IMG/VR virus record: IMGVR_UViG_3300042295_000443
Location: 1 to 64,000 of that record
Length of the DNA: 64,000 nucleotides
Strand: one strand, 5' to 3'
Source: a virus
Below, piece after piece: positions 40,805 through 47,264 of the stretch (the first letter of the stretch is position 1; every line of letters begins with the position of its first letter). The translations under genes were made by a program, and so were the position numbers. Under the pieces are notes generated by a model that had not been told where the DNA came from, searched no databases, and saw only the letters and a program-made list of their open reading frames with translations.

Positions 40805-40945
40805 TTATTTTCCTTGACCTCTATATAATTTTTTATATTTTTTTGAAGACTTTAATTGAGAGCTTCCAGACTTAGCATGTATCCCTGGTCTAGAGATATT
40901 CTTTTTTACTTTTGTGGTCATACCACTATCTTTAATTTTTGCCAT
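40805..40945 (-). CDS. 46-aa basic protein ending YRGQGK
   Basis: Below ORF cutoff: MAKIKDSG...RPGIHAKS...KKLYRGQGK, a recurrent small phage protein type. Confidence 0.6.
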   Translation of the reverse strand: MAKIKDSGMTTKVKKNISRPGIHAKSGSSQLKSSKKYKKLYRGQGK

Positions 40946-40957
40946 GATTATTATTTA

Positions 40958-41230
40958 TTAACAGTTCCATTTTCTTAATGCAAGAGTCTTCCTTGTAGGT
41001 TCTCCATTTGGTTTTTTAGCAGGACCTGGCATACCAGACATTCTAGCGCAAAAACTCTTTCTTCTTTTAGCATCTTTACTTCCTGCTTTTAACTTAGATG
41101 GTTTAGTAGTAACAGCTGTCTGAAGTTTACTACCAGGATTAGCTGCTCTATAAGATGCTACTCCTTTTGCATTCAATCCTCCTGCAGGATTCTTACCTTC
41201 TTTTCTAGTCCAAGCTGCTGTCTTTGCCAT
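40958..41230 (-). CDS. Basic phage protein (AWTRKEGK...RRKSFCARM...LRKWNC family)
   Basis: Motif pattern widespread in aquatic phages; function unknown. Confidence 0.65.
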   Translation of the reverse strand: MAKTAAWTRKEGKNPAGGLNAKGVASYRAANPGSKLQTAVTTKPSKLKAGSKDAKRRKSFCARMSGMPGPAKKPNGEPTRKTLALRKWNC

Positions 41231-41232
41231 GA

Positions 41233-41571
41233 TTATATTTTTTTAACTTTTCTACCCATACCTACTCTAGACTTTTCTGCTTTCTTAGCAGTTAGTTTAG
41301 AAGGTGTTATTTCACTTTTTGTTTTAGGTGTTGCTTTAGATATTCTTTTGGTAGGTCTACAGTATTCATTCTTTCCTCCTGCACCACAAGCTTTTCCTGA
41401 TTTAGTATCTTGCCATTTTTCTGCTTGCCATCTTTTAAGATCTGATCCTGCTTTAGTTTTTCTAACAGCACCAGAACCTTTTCTACATTTTGCAATAGCT
41501 TGAGAAGCCCTTGCCGAAGGGAACACAGCGTACTGTGCTTTTACTTTAGAATAACATGCATCTTTTGGCAT
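41233..41571 (-). CDS. Basic Cys-containing phage protein
   Basis: KDACYSKVK...PSARAS...LKRWQAEKWQD...YCRP. Confidence 0.6.
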   Translation of the reverse strand: MPKDACYSKVKAQYAVFPSARASQAIAKCRKGSGAVRKTKAGSDLKRWQAEKWQDTKSGKACGAGGKNEYCRPTKRISKATPKTKSEITPSKLTAKKAEKSRVGMGRKVKKI

Positions 41572-41577
41572 TGCTTT

Positions 41578-42024
41578 TTATTTTCTAGAGAAGAACCCTT
41601 TCTTAGGTGCTTCTATTTTAGTATTCTTTAGTTTTTCAATAATCTTGTTTGCTTCATATTCAGCATAAGTTATTACCTCTTCTTCTTTATCTTTTATATT
41701 CCAGTTGTTTAGTAAGATACTCATGTGCATAGTTTCATGCATAACAGCTGTGGCTTTTTCTGTAACATTATACTTTTTAAAAGTACCTAAGTTTAAAAAT
41801 AAAAATGGTTTGTATGGATCTTTAGCAGTTAACTTTTTATCTGCCGGATCATAATTAGTTAATCCATATATGTAAACTCCATTACCAACAGTCTTATCTA
41901 CTTCTTCAGCCTGGGCATCTGCTCTATTTAACCCGTGCATCTCATCTACTTTATAGTAGTCAAAGATTTCAGTAGCATCATTACCTATAAGTAAGATATA
42001 CTTACCCATATCAACTTTTTTCAC
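41578..42024 (-). CDS. Putative HExxH metallopeptidase
   Basis: AVMHETMH followed by EEEV as a candidate third ligand. Confidence 0.5.
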   Translation of the reverse strand: MKKVDMGKYILLIGNDATEIFDYYKVDEMHGLNRADAQAEEVDKTVGNGVYIYGLTNYDPADKKLTAKDPYKPFLFLNLGTFKKYNVTEKATAVMHETMHMSILLNNWNIKDKEEEVITYAEYEANKIIEKLKNTKIEAPKKGFFSRK

Positions 42025-42025
42025 A

Positions 42026-42382
42026 TTACTTCTTTTTAGATTTTACTATACCACCTACTTTTGATTTCTTAATAGGAAATCCATCTTTATCATAACCTGG
42101 TCTACCTTTATCAAGTTGTCTTAAAGCATCTTTTTGAGCTTTAAGACCTTTATCTAAATAACTATTAAATTGTTTTCTTAGGTGAGGATAAGTACTTCTA
42201 TCAGAAGCTTTTTGAAAATTAACTTTGGCTTTATAATTATAATAATCTGTACTATCTGCTGTAGGTTTTACAACTTTTGAGTTATAGTTAGTATAATCTG
42301 TACTATCTATTTTAGCTTTTGCTTTTTTAACTGCTGCAGTTGCAACTTTTTTAAGTGATCCTTTCTTTGGAGTTGGTGGCAT
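42026..42382 (-). CDS. Lys-rich protein with C-terminal KVGG motif
   Basis: Duplicated DSTDY(T/Y)NY; basic termini. Confidence 0.55.
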   Translation of the reverse strand: MPPTPKKGSLKKVATAAVKKAKAKIDSTDYTNYNSKVVKPTADSTDYYNYKAKVNFQKASDRSTYPHLRKQFNSYLDKGLKAQKDALRQLDKGRPGYDKDGFPIKKSKVGGIVKSKKK

Positions 42383-42408
42383 ACTTTCTTAGTTTTAGGT
42401 TTATATTA

Positions 42409-42420
42409 TAATATACTAAA
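42409..42420 (-). promoter_or_regulatory. Late promoter motif TTTAGTATATTA
   Basis: Upstream of the ATG at 42382. Confidence 0.55.
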
Positions 42421-42492
42421 TATTATTTACTTATACAAATATCAGGATATAACCTGATGATGGGGGCCCTTGAGTAAGGCTATAACCTTAAG

Positions 42493-43125
42493 TTATTCGT
42501 TATCATAAAACATTCTTTCTGAATCTTCTGTTTGCCACTTTTCAAATCCTTCGCAGTTATACCATTCATTACATACTAAGTAATCTGGTTTCTCTGGGAA
42601 AGCTTTAGTTACAAATGAAGGTTCAGACCATTTAATTCTGTTGTTAGGTTGTAAAGCTATCTGACCATTCTCAAGTAAAATGATATGATGACTTTTATGT
42701 TCTTTAGGATCTTCAGCTAATGTAAGATCTGTGTTAAGATCATTTGATCCCCAGTTAATAGTTCCATGGTAATTACCTTTGTAAAATTTATGGTCTTTCA
42801 TATATACTTCTACAGGAGTATCATAGAGGTAAGACAAACTCATAACAGTAAAGTTATAAGAGAAGCAATTCCATAACTGTAAAAAATGAAATGGTAGATC
42901 TGGATCTGGTGTCTCTGGTTCAGTCAATAAAGCATGACTTGGTAACTTATCTCTAAGAGCTCCATTCTCTAAAAGTACCTGGAATAATGCTGCTTGCCCC
43001 GGCATACATCTTACTGATACTATTATCCCTGGAGTAAACTCTCCTTGACCTTTAGTGTGTTGGTACATGTATTCATTTCTTACAAATACTTTAAGAGGAA
43101 AGAAGTTATGTTCTATGTGTGCCAT
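42493..43125 (-). CDS. Conserved hypothetical phage protein
   Basis: Likely start MAHIEHN at 43125, with a TACATTTG -7 element upstream; HKSHHII...ALQPNNRI motif. Confidence 0.6.
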   Translation of the reverse strand: MAHIEHNFFPLKVFVRNEYMYQHTKGQGEFTPGIIVSVRCMPGQAALFQVLLENGALRDKLPSHALLTEPETPDPDLPFHFLQLWNCFSYNFTVMSLSYLYDTPVEVYMKDHKFYKGNYHGTINWGSNDLNTDLTLAEDPKEHKSHHIILLENGQIALQPNNRIKWSEPSFVTKAFPEKPDYLVCNEWYNCEGFEKWQTEDSERMFYDNE

Positions 43126-43625
43126 AATAAATAAGTTTGTCACAAATGTATAAATATTTATAATACTATAAAGCATAATATAGTTTACAAAACTATACTA
43201 TTTTGTAACTTATATGTTACATTATGCATGCATATTCTGGAAAAATTCATGCAGGTTATATACTTATAGTGGAAAATTCCCATCACTAAAACGGTTATAA
43301 TCCTGTTATGGTGGAAAATTCTTACACAAAGTTATATGGTTTTTTAGTATGTGAGATGTAGAGGTTGGGTGCTATGATACAACCCCCCGCCAAATCCTGT
43401 GGAGGTGGTACCCCCCACCAACTTGAGGAGTGTGTCATAAATTCTAGGAAATATTTTAGAAAAAAATCCTGCTGGGAAAGAAACCTAGCTGCTACAACAG
43501 GAGAGGAGAGACAAGAGGTGACATGCTATGTCTACTACATGTACTATGCTAGTGATGTGCTAGCAAGAGGAGGGAGGCAGGGTGCTATATAATAGGGGTG
43601 TGTACTATATGTATAATATAGTATA

Positions 43626-43660
43626 GCCTTCGGCAGATTATATAACAGCTTATAACTACT
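43626..43660 (+). promoter_or_regulatory. Early hairpin-promoter repeat 1
   Basis: GCCTTCGGCAG-N7-AACAGCTT-ATA-ACTACT. Confidence 0.7.
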
Positions 43661-43684
43661 ATGGAACCAACTAAACTTTGTATC

Positions 43685-43753
43685 ATGATTGTATATGCTG
43701 TAATAAACGGAGTAGTTACTGTTAAGGAATGGGTGTTAAATCCTAATGCTTAA
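43685..43753 (+). CDS. 22-aa peptide MIVYAVINGVVTVKEWVLNPNA (30 aa if ATG 43661 is used)
   Basis: Lies between repeat 1 and a hairpin at 43759-43781. Leader AACCAACTAAACT is shared with the ORF at 47265. Confidence 0.45.
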   Translation: MIVYAVINGVVTVKEWVLNPNA

Positions 43754-43793
43754 TGTTTGAGGGAGCTGTAATAGCTCTCTTAACTATGCTTAA

Positions 43794-43828
43794 GCCTTCG
43801 GCAGATGGTACTACAGCTTATAACTGCT
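43794..43828 (+). promoter_or_regulatory. Early hairpin-promoter repeat 2
   Basis: GCCTTCGGCAG-N7-TACAGCTT-ATA-ACTGCT. Confidence 0.7.
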
Positions 43829-43869
43829 AAGGATATATTATATTTATTAACCATCTAAAACTTAAAAAG

Positions 43870-44136
43870 ATGAGCAATGTTAAAGGATTCTTAATCAGTG
43901 TAAGTGACACTGTAAAAACAAACACTAATGGAACTGAATTCAGATCTTGCATAGTAGCCATTGAGGGTGAAAACTATTTTGCAAAAATCTGGGAGAAATC
44001 TGTTTCCAAAGCTGTTGTTGGCAATGAGTACACTGTTGAAATGATTGTTGATGGTGAAAACTTATGGTTAACATTGTTAACTGGTGTTACTGCAACTATT
44101 GCAACACCTAATATGCTTGCACACCTACTTAAATAA
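43870..44136 (+). CDS. Small OB-fold-like protein, paralogue A
   Basis: Five-strand pattern; near-identical motifs to 44967..45242. Confidence 0.6.
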   Translation: MSNVKGFLISVSDTVKTNTNGTEFRSCIVAIEGENYFAKIWEKSVSKAVVGNEYTVEMIVDGENLWLTLLTGVTATIATPNMLAHLLK

Positions 44137-44143
44137 TAGGTAG

Positions 44144-44174
44144 AAGATGACACCCTTAATTGGGTGTTATCTTT
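44144..44174 (+). terminator. Terminator hairpin
   Basis: AAGATGACACCC-ttaatt-GGGTGTTATCTTT. Confidence 0.65.
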
Positions 44175-44182
44175 ATAGTTAA

Positions 44183-44217
44183 GCCTTCGGCAGGAAATGC
44201 TACAACTTAAAACTACT
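44183..44217 (+). promoter_or_regulatory. Early hairpin-promoter repeat 3
   Basis: GCCTTCGGCAG-N7-TACAACTT-AAA-ACTACT. Confidence 0.7.
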
Positions 44218-44250
44218 CATAGTATTAATGTTAAATTTAAACTATATATC

Positions 44251-44454
44251 ATGGACACAACAACTGTATTACAAATTATTGCTATGCTTGAAGGTGATGC
44301 AAAATCATACATTAAACACCTTGATAATACTAATGACCCTTTTGAAACAGGGTACATTAAAGGTTATCATGATGCTTTAACAAAGCATGCCCACATGCTG
44401 CAAGAGTATATTGAACTGCAAGTAAATTATGCAGAGAATGCATTAGGGGAGTAA
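44251..44454 (+). CDS. Small helical early protein
   Basis: Likely start MDTTTV at 44251, downstream of repeat 3. Confidence 0.6.
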   Translation: MDTTTVLQIIAMLEGDAKSYIKHLDNTNDPFETGYIKGYHDALTKHAHMLQEYIELQVNYAENALGE

Positions 44455-44465
44455 TCCCCTTTTTT
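44446..44465 (+). terminator. Terminator GGGGA-GTAA-TCCCC-U tract
   Basis: Perfect stem with GNRA loop and T run; identical hairpin at 46129. Confidence 0.75.
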
Positions 44466-44491
44466 AAACTGTAATCCCTAAATTAAAATAT

Positions 44492-44596
44492 ATGTTAATA
44501 GTTATTGGAAATGTAATGTTTGTTGCTATAATAGTGTTTATTGCCCGTTGTGGCTACAAGCTAGAAAAGGCTGATGAAGAAAAGGAAAGGGCTTAG
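44492..44596 (+). CDS. 34-aa single-TM peptide
   Basis: MLIVIGNVMFVAIIVFIARCGYKLEKADEEKERA, followed by a hairpin plus T run (44577-44611). Confidence 0.45.
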   Translation: MLIVIGNVMFVAIIVFIARCGYKLEKADEEKERA

Positions 44597-44672
44597 GCTC
44601 TTTCTTTTTTTGCTCAATCATTCATTCTTATGGAGTGGCTTGCGCCACACCTTTTATGTCTTTCTTTCAATG

Positions 44673-44707
44673 GCCTTCGGCAGGAGTCTCTACAGCTTAG
44701 GACTTCT
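44673..44707 (+). promoter_or_regulatory. Early hairpin-promoter repeat 4
   Basis: GCCTTCGGCAG-N7-TACAGCTT-AGG-ACTTCT. Confidence 0.7.
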
Positions 44708-44811
44708 GTGGAGTGTGCCTTTGCCTATGAGGATAAGATGTTACACACTTATAAAGTTCTCTCTGAAAAAGAACTTGGACAACTACATAGTAATATGTGG
44801 TTGTTTTTTTT
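44708..44811 (+). ncRNA. Candidate small RNA of about 100 nt
   Basis: Between repeat 4 and a terminator; stems AGTGTG/CACACT and AAGTTCT/AGAACTT; no credible complete ORF. Confidence 0.4.
44780..44811 (+). terminator. Intrinsic terminator
   Basis: CAACTACATA-GTAA-TATGTGGTTG followed by a T run. Confidence 0.75.
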
Positions 44812-44877
44812 GGTAGTTCAATGCTTGGCAGCTGCATAGTAAGTACTGTGTAGCAAAACTAATTTATTCTAGATTGG

Positions 44878-44912
44878 GCCTCCGGCAGGTGCCTTTACAG
44901 CTTTCTACTGCT
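44878..44912 (+). promoter_or_regulatory. Early hairpin-promoter repeat 5
   Basis: GCCTCCGGCAG-N7-TACAGCTT-TCT-ACTGCT. Confidence 0.7.
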
Positions 44913-44966
44913 GTGGATATAAGATTGTGAGAAAGCCTCACAACAAAACCAACCCCTATTTGCAAA

Positions 44967-45242
44967 ATGGAGAAAATGTTAAGAGGTACTCTTATCAGTT
45001 TTTCTAATGAGGCAAAAGCCAATGTGAATGGTACTCAGTACCGTTCTTGCATTGTCAATATTGGAGGTGAAAATTACTTTGCAAAGCTTTGGGAGAAATC
45101 CTTGGCTAAGGCAGTAATTGGAACTGAGTACAATATTGAGGCTGTAGTAGATGGTGATAACTTGTGGTTAACGTGCCTTACGGGCGTTAGTGCAACTATT
45201 GCTACTCCTGCTACATTCGCTGCTTTGTTAGCAGAATTGTAG
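44967..45242 (+). CDS. Small OB-fold-like protein, paralogue B
   Basis: NGTQYRSCIV..GGENYFAKLWEKS..KAVIG.EY....VDGDNLWLT.LTGV.ATIATP shared with 43870..44136. Confidence 0.6.
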   Translation: MEKMLRGTLISFSNEAKANVNGTQYRSCIVNIGGENYFAKLWEKSLAKAVIGTEYNIEAVVDGDNLWLTCLTGVSATIATPATFAALLAEL

Positions 45243-45306
45243 GAAGTATCCTAGACTGAGTAAGACTCGGAGTGTACCACTACTTGGCAACAGAAGTGGA
45301 AAATAT

Positions 45307-45346
45307 TAATGAACTACATAGAAATATGTGGTTCATTACTTTTTTT
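45307..45346 (+). terminator. Intrinsic terminator
   Basis: AATGAACTACATA-GAAA-TATGTGGTTCATT then T run; paralogue of the 44780 terminator. Confidence 0.7.
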
Positions 45347-45351
45347 AAACA

Positions 45352-45378
45352 GCCTTTGGCAGAAAGAGTATACAAAAT
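45352..45378 (+). promoter_or_regulatory. Degenerate promoter repeat 6
   Basis: GCCTTTGGCAG-N8-TACAAAAT; both the loop and the downstream box are mutated. Confidence 0.4.
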
Positions 45379-45450
45379 AAAAGATAATATTTGCCTTGGC
45401 AAGTACTAATAGGTACTGTGTAGCAAATAGTCTATATATATACTTAACCG

Positions 45451-45486
45451 GCCTCCGGCAGGTGGGGCGTACAGCTTTCAACTTCT
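45451..45486 (+). promoter_or_regulatory. Early hairpin-promoter repeat 7
   Basis: GCCTCCGGCAG-N8-TACAGCTT-TCA-ACTTCT. Confidence 0.7.
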
Positions 45487-45841
45487 TTGAGTGTGGTTAG
45501 GCCACGGTCATCTAGACCTACTAACCACCTATGTAACTATTAAAACTAGATTATTATAACAAAGTCTCCAGCCTGTGCAACAATGTGACTTTGGTACTGA
45601 TAATCAGGTAGTTATAAAATGAGATATGTGAGAAAAAGAGGAAGAATGAGATTAACTATTAACCTATCCAAGAATTTATAGGCAGAAATAGTCAGCAGAA
45701 ATGGTCTTAAAGCCTAATATTATATAGTATATAGCTAAAACAGACTTAGTATATACATTAAGAATAGTATTATCTCTTTCTATAGTTAGAGTAACATAAT
45801 AACTTATTCCGGAATTAAATAAATTTAAAACTATATATACT

Positions 45842-46138
45842 ATGAAAGATTTCATTCACACAGGTTGGTGGGGACCTACATTAACTACCACTGAAGATCC
45901 TGAATTAAAAGTTATTGAAAGAGATAATGGTCATTCTTGGACTATGAACTTTTATGTTGGTCATCATTTAATTGATTGCATAAATATGGAATGGTGCCGT
46001 GGTACTAAACTAGACAAAGATGTTCTTAGACTTCCTGTGTATAGTGATGAAGGTATCTACTTAGGTAGTCTTGCTAAAAGATTAGAAGATGCAATTAATG
46101 TTATGCATCCAGAACCTATGTTTCATACAGGGGAGTAA
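45842..46138 (+). CDS. Hypothetical early protein
   Basis: ORF track; A/T-rich leader. Confidence 0.6.
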   Translation: MKDFIHTGWWGPTLTTTEDPELKVIERDNGHSWTMNFYVGHHLIDCINMEWCRGTKLDKDVLRLPVYSDEGIYLGSLAKRLEDAINVMHPEPMFHTGE

Positions 46139-46147
46139 TCCCCTTTT
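46129..46147 (+). terminator. Terminator GGGGA-GTAA-TCCCC-TTTT
   Basis: Identical to the 44446 hairpin. Confidence 0.7.
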
Positions 46148-46154
46148 ATTTAGT

Positions 46155-47065
46155 ATTGTTGCCTTTTCTTTAACCAGGCAAGTATCCAGTAAGTTGCTGG
46201 CGTGGGACTGTCCAGTATAGTTACAAGACAGTAGGGTTTGGTCTATTTCCCTTAAAGACCATTAAGTACACAATGTTGTTACCCTCAGAGTTTAGATACT
46301 CATGGTGTGTGCGTTAAACCTATTATAACGGTTACTAAAACAACAGGTCAGCTCTCGTGACCAAAGGATAAACCAGTAATGGTATAAAGTGATATGTTGG
46401 TAACATATTGCGCAGGAGTAATCCTGTCTACAGAAGAGTATTGTAACTACCTACATTTTGGTGTGCTTGTGGCCTAACGGTTGATGCATAGAGATGTAGA
46501 CTTTCTAACAGGTAGGAAGTTGAGACAGAAATGTCAATAGAAAGTGCAATAGGTAACAATAGTACATCTCGCCAAGATGGAAGTTGTTATTAGTGAGATG
46601 TTCTTTATGCTACTAGAAATAGTGTGTATTTACATCAAACAGTGAGTAAGCTTGGCCGCTTAAAGCAATGTGAAGTTATAACTAAGGTACTCAAAAGGTA
46701 TTATGTTATATAAAGTTGGAACTACTTCACATTATTTCCTGAACCGCATTTAAACTAAAAACTTAAAAGCAAAGAATGTTCTAGCACTTATTAGTGAAAA
46801 TGCTCTTATCCTACTGCAATATGTAGGTACAGAAGACCCGCAAGGTTTATGTAAAGGGACTGATTAATATCTTAACTAGCAGTAGACATACTGTGTATCC
46901 CGTAAGGAAGTTGGTATGAAAGGAAACTTATTGCACTAATATGTAAAAGTATGATGATACTATAAATCATTGAGCATGTTGTTTACTTATAGAAATATAA
47001 GTGTGTATGAGGAGAAGAAATTTTCCAAAAATAGCAACATGAAAGGTCAATACTCATCCTTTCAA
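46155..47065 (+). ncRNA. Giant structured non-coding RNA (GOLLD/ROOL size class)
   Basis: About 900 nt without an ORF in the track. Many stems with GNRA loops and G-U pairs on the + strand. Long-range helices 46363-46369/47056-47062 and 46436-46443/47048-47055. Confidence 0.7.
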
Positions 47066-47238
47066 TAGTAATGCACCATTTCTACTTCACAAGGGTAGAC
47101 AGTTGTAATGTATGAACGCAACACTACTAGATTTTATCACTAGAAAGATGTTACATAGGGTTTTAATTAAAGAAGACTGATAATCTTTTTTATAACCTGC
47201 CGGAAACTTACATTATAACTGAGTGCAGAGTGATATTA
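47063..47238 (+). ncRNA. Twister-like self-cleaving ribozyme 1 (P1 type, long P5 insert)
   Basis: UAA-UGC-A-CC ... P4 UCUAC/GUAGA with loop UUCACAAGG ... 13-bp P5 ... GCA-GA-GUGA. Pseudoknots UCAC/GUGA and CC/GG. Confidence 0.65.
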
Positions 47239-47264
47239 AATAGTAACCAACTAAACTATAATAT

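Noticed and set aside
41512-41521. TGCCGAAGGG as an extra promoter hairpin
   Set aside because: Inside a CDS, only a 2-bp stem, and no TACAGCTT box.
43365-43592. 75-aa ORF from the ORF track
   Set aside because: TTG start, atypical composition, and it lies in a low-complexity putative terminus region upstream of the first promoter.
44574-44839. ORFs 44574..44816 and 44630..44839
   Set aside because: They cross a promoter repeat and one or two terminators; likely spurious.
43626-45486. Repeat array as a CRISPR array
   Set aside because: Spacing is irregular (about 100-490 bp), the repeats have variable internal blocks, the intervals hold genes and terminators, and no cas genes are present.
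46801-46808. TGCTCTTA (and GCTCTCTTAAC at 43774) as boxA sites for the S10-like protein
   Set aside because: Short matches expected by chance, and both lie in predicted stems; not supportable without binding data.
46155-47065. Group I/II intron, tmRNA, RNase P or tRNA cluster
   Set aside because: No interrupted gene, no group II domain V or GUGYG start, and no T-loop GTTCRA/CCA ends recognisable. A covariance search is still needed to exclude these formally.
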